A DNA stretch of 64,000 bases, from contig JBFYWB010000084.1 of assembly GCA_041299015.1 (NCBI GenBank), forward strand, positions 17,049 to 81,048, read 5' to 3'. The DNA comes from Deltaproteobacteria bacterium. GTDB taxonomy: Bacteria > Desulfobacterota > Desulfobacteria > Desulfobacterales > SG8-13. This document shows positions 9,829-20,657 of the stretch, piece after piece. Every line of letters begins with the position of its first letter. The stretch's first letter is position 1. Below the pieces are notes generated by a model. The model saw only the letters and a program-made list of their open reading frames with translations, had not been told where the DNA came from and ran no database searches. A program made the translations under genes and the position numbers.

Positions 9829-9844
9829 TGGCACGGACCCTGCT
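9829..9844 (+). promoter_or_regulatory. Sigma-54 promoter of nifA
   Basis: TGGCACG-GACC-CTGCT, GG-N10-GC spacing, 20 bp before the nifA ATG, preceded by an AT-rich tract. Confidence 0.75.
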
Positions 9845-9864
9845 TGGTTAGTGCGGGATAACCT

Positions 9865-11400
9865 ATGGACCTGCTATTGCGAAAAAACGAAGAACTCTCC
9901 GCCATCTTGGAGGTCAGCTGCGTGCTGACGGCCTCCTTCGACCTGGAGAAAAACCTGGCGGCGGCCATGGAAATCCTCTCCTCGCACTTGGAGATGCAGC
10001 GCGGATGTGTTTTCCTCCTGGACCCGGTTTCCAGGAAACTTCGGATTGTCGCGGCCCACGGACTATCACGCCAGGCCATCCGCCGCGGTAAATACCGCAT
10101 CGGCGAAGGAATCGTGGGCCAGGTGATTGCATCCGGCGAGCCGATGTTTGTCCCCAACATCGGGGATGAACCCAAATTTTTGAACAAGACGGACTCGCGG
10201 CTCCAGAAGAGCGGGGTGTCGTTTCTGTGCATGCCGATCGCCCTGGATGGCGCGATCCTGGGCGTCATCAGCGTCGATCGAATTTACATGGTCGAGCACG
10301 GCAACGTTGACGATGACCTGCGTGTGCTTCGTATCATCGCCTCCCTCATCGCCCAGTTTGTGAAGCTCTGGGAACTTTTCATCAAAGCAGAAAACGAGTG
10401 CGGCGTGTTGCGGTCTCAACTGACGGAAAAATTCAGCCTTCCCAACATCGTGGGAGAGTCACGGCCCCTGCAACAGGTTCTAAAGAGCGTTAAAAAAGTA
10501 GCCGCCACCGACACCACGGTCATTCTACTCGGTGAAAGCGGAACCGGCAAGGAGCTCATCGCCCAAACGCTTCACTATCAGAGTCACCGGGCCAAGGGCC
10601 AGTTCGTTCCCGTCAATCTGGCGGCCCTGCCGGAAAACCTGATCGAAGTCGAGCTGTTTGGTGTCGAAAAGGGAGCTTACACCGGGGCAACCGCTCGGCG
10701 CATCGGCCGTTTCGAACATGCCGACAGGGGCACCCTGTTCTTGGACGAAATTGGCGAACTGCCCCTGGCCCTGCAGGTCAAACTGTTGCGGGTGCTCCAG
10801 GAGAAAACCTTCGAGCGCATCGGCTCCTCTCGCCCGATTCATGTTGACACCCGGGTCGTCGCAGCCACCCACCGCAACCTCATTGACGAAGTCAGGCGAG
10901 GGCATTTCAGGGAAGACCTGTATTGGCGGTTGAACGTCGTTCCGATCGTACTGCCGCCGCTGAGGGAGAGAATCACGGACATACCGCCTCTGCTGAACCA
11001 CTACCTCGAAAAGTTTAACCGTACTCACGACCGCAAGGTTCGTTTCGAAGCGAAAACAATTGACGTTCTTTCGGCCTACCCCTGGCCGGGCAACGTTCGC
11101 GAACTGGCCAACACGGTTGAACGGCTCGTGATCATGACCGAATCCAGCTCGCTCACCCCTTTCGATCTGCCGCTTGCCATTACGAGCGCCGGAACCAACA
11201 TCGCACCCACCGCTTGCGACAGCGAGGCCGACCTGACCGGATTGAACAGCGAGGTCGCAGTGCTCGAACGGCGGCGCATCATTCAGGCCCTGAAAACAAG
11301 TGATCGCATCCAGCAAAGAGCCGCCAGGACGCTTGGGATCAGTCCCCGCCAACTCGGTTACCGCATAAAGAAATACAACATCGACCTGCGAAACTTATAG
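9865..11400 (+). CDS. nifA: Sigma-54 activator NifA (GAF-AAA+-HTH)
   Basis: N-terminal GAF domain, [15 protein letters not shown] (GAFTGA-like), [17 protein letters not shown]-terminal HTH; directly upstream of nifH. Confidence 0.85.
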   Translation: MDLLLRKNEELSAILEVSCVLTASFDLEKNLAAAMEILSSHLEMQRGCVFLLDPVSRKLRIVAAHGLSRQAIRRGKYRIGEGIVGQVIASGEPMFVPNIGDEPKFLNKTDSRLQKSGVSFLCMPIALDGAILGVISVDRIYMVEHGNVDDDLRVLRIIASLIAQFVKLWELFIKAENECGVLRSQLTEKFSLPNIVGESRPLQQVLKSVKKVAATDTTVILLGESGTGKELIAQTLHYQSHRAKGQFVPVNLAALPENLIEVELFGVEKGAYTGATARRIGRFEHADRGTLFLDEIGELPLALQVKLLRVLQEKTFERIGSSRPIHVDTRVVAATHRNLIDEVRRGHFREDLYWRLNVVPIVLPPLRERITDIPPLLNHYLEKFNRTHDRKVRFEAKTIDVLSAYPWPGNVRELANTVERLVIMTESSSLTPFDLPLAITSAGTNIAPTACDSEADLTGLNSEVAVLERRRIIQALKTSDRIQQRAARTLGISPRQLGYRIKKYNIDLRNL

Positions 11401-11425
11401 GTCGACATTAATGTAGCGATCTACA
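11381..11425 (+). promoter_or_regulatory. Candidate upstream activator sites for nifH (two inverted repeats)
   Basis: TCGACCT-N11-AGGTCGA spanning the nifA stop and TGTAG-CGAT-CTACA (11412-11425), about 125-170 bp upstream of the -24/-12 element. Confidence 0.45.
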
Positions 11426-11548
11426 AAAGTGTCGCACACATATTGTCGGTCGCCGGTTCGGCAACTTCATTCCGGCGGCGGGGCGACTATTCATTTTTCC
11501 TTATGGTTCCGTTATCTTTCCTGATCCGCCGATCCCATTTCGTATTGA

Positions 11549-12445
<897 letters not shown>

Positions 12446-12481
12446 TCCCTTTCCCAAACCGTCTCTTTTAATGAGGAGAAA

Positions 12482-12844
12482 ATGAAAATGATTATGATCC
12501 GTTCCATCGTCCGTCCCGAAAAGGTTGACAACGTGCTGGCGGCCCTCATGGAGGCCGGATTCCCCGGCGTGACCAAAATGTCCGTGGTGGGACGCGGTAA
12601 GCAGCGCGGCATCAAGATCGGGGAGATCACCTACGACGAGATTCCAAAGGAAATGCTGCTCACCGTGGTCAAAAACAACGACAAGGAGTTCGCCATTCGA
12701 ACCATTATCAAAGCCGCCCGCACCGGGGAAAAGGGTGCCTTCGGTGACGGTAGGATCTTCGTCGTGCCAGTAGAAGAGACTTACACCATCAGCTCCGGCA
12801 TCAAAGAGACCGCCGACGGCAAGACAGAAGAGGTGAAGATATGA
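12482..12844 (+). CDS. nifI1: PII-family nitrogenase regulator NifI1
   Basis: PII fold (IVRPEK, GRGKQRG, GDGRIFV); lies between nifH and nifD. Confidence 0.9.
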   Translation: MKMIMIRSIVRPEKVDNVLAALMEAGFPGVTKMSVVGRGKQRGIKIGEITYDEIPKEMLLTVVKNNDKEFAIRTIIKAARTGEKGAFGDGRIFVVPVEETYTISSGIKETADGKTEEVKI

Positions 12845-13221
12845 AAGAGCTGATGGCCATCGTACGCATGAACATGATGAACAAAACCAAGCGCGCACTG
12901 GCCGATGCCGGACTGGGGTCCGTTACCGCCCGGGATGCACTGGGGCGCGGCAAAGGCATCGTCGACTTGCAGCTGCTAAAGGGTGCCGAACGCGGTTATG
13001 AAGAAGCTATTGCCCAGTTGGGCCAGAGCCAGCGGCTCATCCCCAAGCGCGCCTTGCTGATAGTCGTCAACGACGAACTGGTGGAAAAAGCCGTCAAGAC
13101 AATCATCAGGACCAATCGCACCGGCAAATCGGGTGATGGCATGATTGTCGTGATGCCCTGTCGGGAGGCTGTCCGGGTGCGCACCGGGGAGCGAGGAGAG
13201 GACACGCTGGATGACGGCTGA
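12841..13221 (+). CDS. nifI2: PII-family nitrogenase regulator NifI2
   Basis: MKELMAIVRMNMMNKTK, long T-loop, GKSGDG; ATGA overlap with nifI1. Confidence 0.9.
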   Translation: MKELMAIVRMNMMNKTKRALADAGLGSVTARDALGRGKGIVDLQLLKGAERGYEEAIAQLGQSQRLIPKRALLIVVNDELVEKAVKTIIRTNRTGKSGDGMIVVMPCREAVRVRTGERGEDTLDDG

Positions 13222-13280
13222 TGCCCACCGTTAAAAAAAGCTGAATTCACATCATCCCGATTATAGATAGGAGAACTTCC

Positions 13281-14945
13281 ATGGTCATGCCCGCAGACGA
13301 TAATCCGACAAAAGAGGTCATGCTGGACAATCGCGACCCTGAAAAGGTTAAAGCCCAGTTGCTGGCCAAATACCCGCCCAAAGTGGCCCGAAAACGCACC
13401 AAGCAGATCGTGATCAACACGGTCGATCCTGACGGCAAGGTGCCGGTGATCAGCTCCAATGTCCGCACGGTGCCCGGCCTCATGGGGCAGCGCGGATGCT
13501 GCTATGCCGGCTGTAAAGGCGTTGTCCTGGGCCCCACGCGGGACATCATCAACATCACTCACGGTCCCATTGGCTGCGGCTTTTACAGCTGGCTGACCCG
13601 CCGCAATCAGACCGACCCGGACAGCAGCGCCGACGGTCATAACTTCATGCCCTATTGCTTCTCCACGGACATGCAGGATGAAGAGATTATCTTCGGCGGC
13701 GAGAAGAAGCTCAAGCAGGCCATCCAGGAAGCCTACGACAATTTCAAACCCAAGGCCATCGCCGTATTTTCCACCTGTCCGGTGGGTCTCATCGGTGATG
13801 ACGTCCACGCGGTCTGCCGTGAGATGAAGGCCAAACTGGGCATCAACATTTTCGGTTTCTCCTGCGAAGGGTACAAGGGCGTCAGCCAGAGCGCGGGTCA
13901 CCACATCGCCAATAACGGCATCTTCAAACACGTGGTGGGCCTAGACGACACCATCAAGGAGGGCAAGTACCGCATCAATCTGCTGGGCGAGTACAACATC
14001 GGTGGCGACGCTTTTGAAATAGAGCGGCTGTTCGAGCTTTGCGGCGTCACCCTCGTTGCTTCATACAGCGGTAACTCCAGCATCGATGCCTTCGCCAACT
14101 CCCACACCGCCGACCTGAATCTGATCATGTGCCACCGCTCCATCAACTACGTGGCCGAGATGATGCAGACCAAATTCGGCGTGCCCTGGATAAAGGTCAA
14201 TTTCATCGGTGCGGCGGCCACGGCCAAATCCCTGCGTAAGATTGCCCAATACTTCGACGAGAAAGAGCTTACGGACAGAGTGGAAGCGGTCATCGCCGAA
14301 GAGATGCCGGCCATCGAGGCCTCATGCGCTGCGGTGCGCCCCCGCACCGAAGGCAAGCGCGCCATGCTGTTCGTGGGCGGCTCCCGCGCCCATCACTACC
14401 AGGAGCTGTTTGTCGAATTGGGAATGAAGACGCTTTCCGCCGGCTATGAGTTCGGTCACCGCGACGATTATGAAGGCCGCAAGGTGCTGCAGGACGTCAA
14501 GGTGGATGCGGACAGCCGCAACATCGAAGAACTTGAAATCACTCCGGACCCGGAACGCTTCAATCCTCGGCTGAGCGACGCCAAAAAGAAGTCACTGGAG
14601 GCGAAGGGTCTGCGGTTCGGCGAATACGACGGCATGATGCCCGAAATGTCCGAAGGCTCCATGGTGATCGACGATCTGAGTCAGTATGAAACCGATCAGC
14701 TTATCAAAATATTTAAACCCGACATTTTCTGCGCCGGCATCAAGGAAAAATATACCGTGCAAAAACACGGCATCCCCTTGAAGCAGTTGCACAACTACGA
14801 CTACGGGGGACCCTATGCCGGTTTCAAGGGGGCCATCAATTTTTACAATGAGATTGACCGCATGGTCAGCAGCCGGGTGTGGCGGTACATGCGTGCGCCC
14901 TGGCAGGAGCACCCCGAGCTGTCCGCCACCTATGCCTGGGAGTAG
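13281..14945 (+). CDS. nifD: Nitrogenase MoFe protein alpha chain (group II type with insertion)
   Basis: P-cluster Cys motifs CCYAGC, HGPIGC, STCP; SQSAGHH; FeMoco ligands CHRS and QLH; YEFGH Mo-type motif followed by a ~50 aa insertion. Confidence 0.97.
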   Translation: MVMPADDNPTKEVMLDNRDPEKVKAQLLAKYPPKVARKRTKQIVINTVDPDGKVPVISSNVRTVPGLMGQRGCCYAGCKGVVLGPTRDIINITHGPIGCGFYSWLTRRNQTDPDSSADGHNFMPYCFSTDMQDEEIIFGGEKKLKQAIQEAYDNFKPKAIAVFSTCPVGLIGDDVHAVCREMKAKLGINIFGFSCEGYKGVSQSAGHHIANNGIFKHVVGLDDTIKEGKYRINLLGEYNIGGDAFEIERLFELCGVTLVASYSGNSSIDAFANSHTADLNLIMCHRSINYVAEMMQTKFGVPWIKVNFIGAAATAKSLRKIAQYFDEKELTDRVEAVIAEEMPAIEASCAAVRPRTEGKRAMLFVGGSRAHHYQELFVELGMKTLSAGYEFGHRDDYEGRKVLQDVKVDADSRNIEELEITPDPERFNPRLSDAKKKSLEAKGLRFGEYDGMMPEMSEGSMVIDDLSQYETDQLIKIFKPDIFCAGIKEKYTVQKHGIPLKQLHNYDYGGPYAGFKGAINFYNEIDRMVSSRVWRYMRAPWQEHPELSATYAWE

Positions 14946-15018
14946 TGGATGGAACCATCCAGCGTTGCCCGTCGTCGATAATCTCTACACCGAACGAATG
15001 CAGGAGACAAAAAAACAA

Positions 15019-16398
15019 ATGTTACTAAGACATACCCCCACCGAAATCAAGGAACGCAGCGCCCTGACCGTCAATCCGGCCAAAACCTGCCAGCCCATCG
15101 GGGCCATGTACGCAGCCCTGGGTGTCCACGGTTGCCTGCCCCACAGCCATGGCTCCCAGGGCTGCTACGCCTACCATCGCAGCGCCCTGACCCGCCATTT
15201 CAAGGAGCCGGTGGTAGCTGCCACCAGCGCCTTCACAGAAGGGGCTTCGGTGTTCGGCGGCCAGGCCAACCTGGTGCAAGCGATCGACAACATCTTCGCA
15301 GTGTACAACCCCCAGGTGATTGCCGTGCACACCACTTGCCTGTCGGAAACCATTGGTGACGACGTTCCGCAGATCGTCGCCAAGGCCAAGGCGGACGGCA
15401 AGGTGCCCGAGGGAAAATTCGTCTTTCATGCCAACACGCCCAGCTACGTGGGGTCCCACGTCACCGGGTTCGCCAGCATGACCAAGGCCATGGTGGATTA
15501 CTTTGCCGAATCCAACGGTCACAAAGAAAAAACGATCAACCTGATCCCCGGCTACGTGGAACCGTCGGACATGACTGAAATCAGGCGCATCGCCGACCTC
15601 ATGGGTATTGCGACCATTATGTTCCCGGACACCTCCAGGGTGCTCAACGGACCACTGACCGGCAAATACAAGATGTTTCCCGAGGGCGGTGTCACCATCG
15701 ATGAGCTGAAGAAAAGCGGCAGCAGTGCAGGCACCATCGCTCTCGGCCGGATCGCCTCCATGCCGGCGGCCCGTGCGCTAGACGCCAAGTGCAAGGTGCC
15801 CTGTGAAATCCTGGGCCTGCCGTTGGGGCTGCACGGCACCGACACCTACGTGGACACCCTGCGCCGCATGGCCGGCGTGAGCGTTCCCGATGCGCTGAAC
15901 CTGGAGCGCGGCCAGCTGGTGGACGCGATATCCGACTGGCACCAGTACCTGTACGGCAAGCGTATGGCCATTGTCGGCGACCCGGACCAGGTCCTGGCCC
16001 TGACCCGCTTTCTGGTTTCGCTGGACATGCGGCCGGTGCACATCGTCACCGGCAGCAAGGCCGGCAAGAAGTATGAGAAATCCCTGCGGGAAGCCGTGTC
16101 CGAAATCCCCGAAGCGGTGAATATCAAAGTGCCCGGCGACATGCTGCTCTTCCACCAGTGGGTAAAGAACGACCCGGTGGACCTGATCATCGGCAACACT
16201 TACGCCAAATATATCGCCAAGGATGAAGACCTACCGCTGGTTCGCCACGGTTTTCCCATCTACGACCGCTTGGGTCACAGCTACTTCTCCACCATGGGTT
16301 ACCGCGGCGCACTGCGCCTGCTGGAAAAACTGCTGGATGCCATTTTAGACCGCAAGGACCGCGATGCCGACGATATCACCATGGAACTGGTGATGTAA
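15019..16398 (+). CDS. nifK: Nitrogenase MoFe protein beta chain
   Basis: NPAKTCQPIGA, HGSQGC, TTCLSETIGDD, TPSYVGSH; AGGAG RBS and ATG 15019. Confidence 0.97.
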   Translation: MLLRHTPTEIKERSALTVNPAKTCQPIGAMYAALGVHGCLPHSHGSQGCYAYHRSALTRHFKEPVVAATSAFTEGASVFGGQANLVQAIDNIFAVYNPQVIAVHTTCLSETIGDDVPQIVAKAKADGKVPEGKFVFHANTPSYVGSHVTGFASMTKAMVDYFAESNGHKEKTINLIPGYVEPSDMTEIRRIADLMGIATIMFPDTSRVLNGPLTGKYKMFPEGGVTIDELKKSGSSAGTIALGRIASMPAARALDAKCKVPCEILGLPLGLHGTDTYVDTLRRMAGVSVPDALNLERGQLVDAISDWHQYLYGKRMAIVGDPDQVLALTRFLVSLDMRPVHIVTGSKAGKKYEKSLREAVSEIPEAVNIKVPGDMLLFHQWVKNDPVDLIIGNTYAKYIAKDEDLPLVRHGFPIYDRLGHSYFSTMGYRGALRLLEKLLDAILDRKDRDADDITMELVM

Positions 16399-16412
16399 GC
16401 CTCAGAGCGGAC

Positions 16413-16433
16413 GACAGAGGACAGAAGACAGAT
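16413..16433 (+). repeat. Heptamer tandem repeat (GACAGAn)x3 in the nifK-nifE spacer
   Basis: GACAGAG GACAGAA GACAGAT read directly. Confidence 0.8.
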
Positions 16434-16490
16434 TTCGGACCCCGGACGTTTACACCCTGACCGCAGTAAACGAAACACAGGAGAAAAACC

Positions 16491-17876
16491 ATGCCCTCGA
16501 TCCCCATCCTGAAAGAACGCCGGTCCCAGATCCACCGCAAGGGCAGCGAGCCTTTCGAAATGACCTGCGGCAAGCACAGCCTGGCCGGTTCGGTAAGCCA
16601 GCGGGCCTGCGTGTTCTGCGGTTCACGCGTGGTGCTGTATCCCATCGCCGATGCCCTGCACCTGATCCATGGACCTATCGGCTGCGCGGCATACACCTGG
16701 GATATTCGCGGGGCCCTTTCTTCCGGGCCTGAACTGCACCGGATGAGTTTCTCCACCGACCTGCGTGAAAGGGATGTCATTTTCGGCGGAGAGAAAAAAC
16801 TGGCCGCCGCCTTGGGCGAACTGATTGACACCTACCAGCCCAAGGCCGCCTTCGTTTACTCTACCTGCATCGTCGGCATCATCGGCGACGATGTGGCCGC
16901 CGTCTGCCGGAAAGTGGAAGAAGAGAAGGGAATTCCGGTGCTGCCGGTTCATTCGGAAGGGTTCAAGGGAACCAAGAAAGACGGCTACAAAGCCGCCTGC
17001 GACGCCCTGTTCAAACTGGTGGGCACCGGCAGCACGGCCGATGTCTCACCGATCAGCATCAACATCCTGGGCGAGTTCAACATCGGCGGGGAAGCCTGGT
17101 TGATCAAGAAATACTACGAGCAGATGGGTGTCCGGGTGGTCTCCGTTATGACCGGGGACGGCCGTGTGGACCAGGTGCGCCGCAGCCACGCCGCCGCCCT
17201 CAACGTGGTGCAGTGCTCCGGAGCCCTGACCTATCTGGCCGACATGATGAAGGAGGCCTACGGCATTCCTTACATCCGTGCCTCCTATTTCGGCATCGAC
17301 GACGTGGCCAAGGCATTATACGACGTGGCCGATCATTTCAGCGCCTATCCGGAGATTAAGGACCGCACCCGCGACATCGTTCGCAACGAGGTGGAAGCGA
17401 TCATGCCCGAGCTCAACCTTATCAAGGCCGATCTCTCCGGCAAGCGGGCGGCCATCTATGTGGGCGGGGCCTTCAAGGCGTTCTCCCTGATCAGGGCCCT
17501 GCGCTACCTGGGGATGAAGGTGGTGCTGGTAGGCTCCCAGACCGGCAACCAAGGCGATTATGCCACCTTGCGGGAGATGTGCGATGACGGCACGATCATT
17601 TTAGATGATGCCAACCCACTGGAATTGTCCAAATATATCATCGAAAAGCAGGCCGACCTGTTCATCGGCGGCGTCAAAGAGCGTCCCATCGCCTTCAAAA
17701 TGGGTATCGGCTTTTGTGACCATAACCACGAACGCAAGATACCTCTGGCCGGTTTCGCCGGCATGCTGCAGTTCGCCCGCGAGGTGCACACCTCGGTCAC
17801 CAGTCCGGTGTGGCAGTTTGTGCCTGCCCGCACGGCGGCATGCCATAAGCTGTCTCAAAAAGAGGAGACCCCATGA
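16491..17876 (+). CDS. nifE: FeMo-co scaffold NifE
   Basis: SQRACVFCGSRVVL, HGPIGCAAYTWD, STCIVGIIGDD, VQCS. Confidence 0.96.
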   Translation: MPSIPILKERRSQIHRKGSEPFEMTCGKHSLAGSVSQRACVFCGSRVVLYPIADALHLIHGPIGCAAYTWDIRGALSSGPELHRMSFSTDLRERDVIFGGEKKLAAALGELIDTYQPKAAFVYSTCIVGIIGDDVAAVCRKVEEEKGIPVLPVHSEGFKGTKKDGYKAACDALFKLVGTGSTADVSPISINILGEFNIGGEAWLIKKYYEQMGVRVVSVMTGDGRVDQVRRSHAAALNVVQCSGALTYLADMMKEAYGIPYIRASYFGIDDVAKALYDVADHFSAYPEIKDRTRDIVRNEVEAIMPELNLIKADLSGKRAAIYVGGAFKAFSLIRALRYLGMKVVLVGSQTGNQGDYATLREMCDDGTIILDDANPLELSKYIIEKQADLFIGGVKERPIAFKMGIGFCDHNHERKIPLAGFAGMLQFAREVHTSVTSPVWQFVPARTAACHKLSQKEETP

Positions 17877-19246
17877 AAACCGCCGTTCGAAAAGATAATT
17901 TCAGCGCCACCCAGAATGCCTGCAACCTGTGTGCGCCGCTAGGTGCGGCCCTCGTTTTCAAGGGGATTGCCAGTGCCGTGCCCCTGTTGCATGGTTCCCA
18001 AGGCTGCTCCACCTATATCCGCAGATATATGATCAGCCATTTCAAGGAACCGCTGGACATCGCCTGTTCGAATTTTGCCGAAGATACGGCCATCTTCGGT
18101 GGCGGGGCCAACCTGAAACTGGCCATCGACAACATCCGCCGCCAGTATAGTCCCGATCTGATCGGGGTGGCCACTACCTGCCTGTCGGAAACCATCGGCG
18201 ACGACGTGTCCATGTTCATCAAAGCCTATCAAAATGGCTGCCGGGACGAAGCATTGCCGGCGCTGGTGCACGTCTCAACACCCAGCTACCAGGGGACCCA
18301 CATGCAGGGGTTTCACGGTGCCGTACGCGCTCTGGTTGTCGCCCTGGCTGAATCCATGGCACCCGGCGAACGACCGTCGGTAAACCTGTTCCCCGGCATG
18401 GTGTCGCCGGCGGACCTGCGCCACCTGAAAGCGATCCTGGATGCCTTTCAACTGGACGGCGTCCTGGTGCCCGATTACAGCGATACCCTCAATGGTCCCT
18501 TGTGGACCGAATACCAGAGCATTCCGGAAGGCGGTACCAGCGTGGAGGGGCTGCGCCGCACAGGGGGTGCCGTCGCCAGCATCGAGTGCGGTCTGGTGCT
18601 GGCCGTAGAAAAAGAGACCGCTGGCACCTGGCTGCAGACGCATTTCGGCGTGCCGCTGCATCGCTTGGGTCTTCCCATCGGCATCCGGCAATCCGACCAA
18701 TTCTTCGAATCGCTTTCCGTGATCAGCGGCCGTCAGATTCCGGAAAAATATGCCGCCCAGCGCGGCCGCCTGCTGGATGCCATGGTCGACGGTCACAAAC
18801 ACCTCAACGGGGTGCACGCCGCCCTGTTCGGCGAAGAAGACCTGGTGGCCGGGCTGGCCGCTTTCTGCGGGGAACTGGGCATCATCCCCGTCCTGTGCGC
18901 CACCGGCGGGGGCAACGGGCGCTTTGCGCAAACCGTTCAGCGCGTGGTGCCGGAACGCTACCATTCCCGGATGCAGATCCTGGAAGACGCGGATTTCGTC
19001 ACTATCGAAAAGGCCCTCGAGAATATCGGTGTGGATCTGCTTATCGGTCACAGCAAGGGCTACACCATGTCTCGACGGCTGAAACGGCCCTTGATCCGGG
19101 TAGGGTTCCCCGTGCACGACCGCGTCGATGGCAGCCGTCTGCTGCACCTGGGTTATCGCGGCGCCCAGCAACTGTTCGATAGGATTGCCAACACATTGAT
19201 TGAAGTGAAACAGAATCGGTCCGATGTCGGCTACACTTACATGTAA
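17873..19246 (+). CDS. nifN: FeMo-co scaffold NifN
   Basis: CNLCAPLGA, HGSQGCSTYIRRY, TTCLSETIGDD; ATGA overlap with nifE. Confidence 0.95.
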   Translation: MKTAVRKDNFSATQNACNLCAPLGAALVFKGIASAVPLLHGSQGCSTYIRRYMISHFKEPLDIACSNFAEDTAIFGGGANLKLAIDNIRRQYSPDLIGVATTCLSETIGDDVSMFIKAYQNGCRDEALPALVHVSTPSYQGTHMQGFHGAVRALVVALAESMAPGERPSVNLFPGMVSPADLRHLKAILDAFQLDGVLVPDYSDTLNGPLWTEYQSIPEGGTSVEGLRRTGGAVASIECGLVLAVEKETAGTWLQTHFGVPLHRLGLPIGIRQSDQFFESLSVISGRQIPEKYAAQRGRLLDAMVDGHKHLNGVHAALFGEEDLVAGLAAFCGELGIIPVLCATGGGNGRFAQTVQRVVPERYHSRMQILEDADFVTIEKALENIGVDLLIGHSKGYTMSRRLKRPLIRVGFPVHDRVDGSRLLHLGYRGAQQLFDRIANTLIEVKQNRSDVGYTYM

Positions 19247-19287
19247 TGCCGCTCATGAAGCGATATGCAGAAAACTGAATAGCCACC

Positions 19288-19336
19288 GAGAAACCGGAAG
19301 CCAAGAACCAAGAACGTGAAACGGAAAACCAGGAAC
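19288..19336 (+). repeat. Seven degenerate heptamers (nnRRAAC-like) in the nifN-nifB spacer
   Basis: GAGAAAC CGGAAGC CAAGAAC CAAGAAC GTGAAAC GGAAAAC CAGGAAC. Confidence 0.75.
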
Positions 19337-19341
19337 CAACC

Positions 19342-20616
19342 ATGAATTTAGACAACCATCCCTGCTTCAATCCCAGCGCCTGCACTTCCTTCGGAAGAGT
19401 CCACCTGCCGGTGGCCCCCCGATGCAACATCCAGTGCAAATTCTGCAACCGCAAATTCGACTGCGTCAACGAAACGCGCCCCGGGGTTACCAGCGCCGTG
19501 CTCTCTCCGGGCCAGGCCATGGTCTATTTAGAAGAGGTGTTTGCCCAAAAGGGAAATATCTCCGTGGTGGGCATCGCCGGCCCGGGAGATCCGTTTGCCA
19601 ATCCCGAAGAAACCCTGGAAACCCTTTCCCGCGTGCGATCCCGGTATCCGGAGGTCATGCTGTGCGTGGCCACCAATGGTCTCAACCTGGCCCTCTATCT
19701 CGATCAGCTCGAACGGCTGAAAGTGAGTCATATCACCGTGACGGTCAATGCCATAGATCCGGTCATCGGGGCGCGGATTTACTCCTGGATGCGCGTGGGC
19801 AAACGGGTGGTGCGCGCTGAGGAAGGGGCGGCAGTTCTTTTGGAGCGGCAGTTGGAGGCGATCAAAGGTCTCAAGGAGCGAGGCATCGTGGTCAAGGTCA
19901 ATAGCATCATCCTGCCCGGTATCAATGAGGGCCATATCGAGGCCGTGGCGCGCCGCGTGGCCGACCTGGGAGTGGACCTGTTCAACGCCATGCCCTACTA
20001 CCCAAATTCCGGCTCCGAGTTCGAGCATCTGACCGAACCAAACAAGACGTCCGTCGAAACGATCCGTCAACAAGCGGGCGTGCATGTCAAACAGATGCGT
20101 CATTGCACGCGCTGCCGTGCCGACGCGGTCGGTCTTCTGGGAGAAGCCCCTGATGAGGGGTTGATGAACACTCTCTCCGCCTGCAAGCGGCTGGAAGTGA
20201 ACACACCCCGGCTCGGCCGGGTATCGCCGCGCCCCTGCGTGGCCGTGGCCAGCATGGAAGGGGTGCTGGTCAACCAACATCTGGGAGAAGCCGAAAAGCT
20301 CCTGGTGTATGGTGAGAAGGAAGGTCGGGTCCAACTGCTGGAGGCCCGTGCTATGCCGGCTCAAGGCGGCGGCAGGCAACGCTGGCAGGCGATGGCCAAA
20401 ACGTTGTCGGACTGCAGCACGCTTCTGGTCAGCGGGGTGGGGGCCAACCCGCTGAAGGTGCTTTCGGCGGCCGGTATCGAAGTGTTGGAGATCGAAGGGC
20501 TCATCGAAGAAGCCGTGCGGGCTGTTTTTGCCGGTGAGACGCTGAATCACATGGTCAAACGTACCCTCACGGCCTGCAGGGCGTCGTGCGGGGGCACCGG
20601 CATGGGCTGTGGATAG
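19342..20616 (+). CDS. nifB: Radical SAM FeMo-co biosynthesis protein NifB with C-terminal NifX-like domain
   Basis: HPC, CNIQCKFC, ETRPG, AGPGDP, CTRCRADA; NQHLG NifX-like domain. Confidence 0.97.
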   Translation: MNLDNHPCFNPSACTSFGRVHLPVAPRCNIQCKFCNRKFDCVNETRPGVTSAVLSPGQAMVYLEEVFAQKGNISVVGIAGPGDPFANPEETLETLSRVRSRYPEVMLCVATNGLNLALYLDQLERLKVSHITVTVNAIDPVIGARIYSWMRVGKRVVRAEEGAAVLLERQLEAIKGLKERGIVVKVNSIILPGINEGHIEAVARRVADLGVDLFNAMPYYPNSGSEFEHLTEPNKTSVETIRQQAGVHVKQMRHCTRCRADAVGLLGEAPDEGLMNTLSACKRLEVNTPRLGRVSPRPCVAVASMEGVLVNQHLGEAEKLLVYGEKEGRVQLLEARAMPAQGGGRQRWQAMAKTLSDCSTLLVSGVGANPLKVLSAAGIEVLEIEGLIEEAVRAVFAGETLNHMVKRTLTACRASCGGTGMGCG

Positions 20617-20620
20617 AACG

Positions 20621-20657
20621 GGGAATTAAGGGATTCGGGAATTGAGGGATTGAAATT
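20621..20657 (+). repeat. Octamer-period repeat in the nifB-fdx spacer
   Basis: GGGAATTA AGGGATTC GGGAATTG AGGGATTG AAATT. Confidence 0.75.

Noticed and set aside
13281-16398. Alternative (V or Fe-only) nitrogenase
   Set aside because: No vnfG/anfG between D and K; YEFGH motif and nifEN indicate the Mo type
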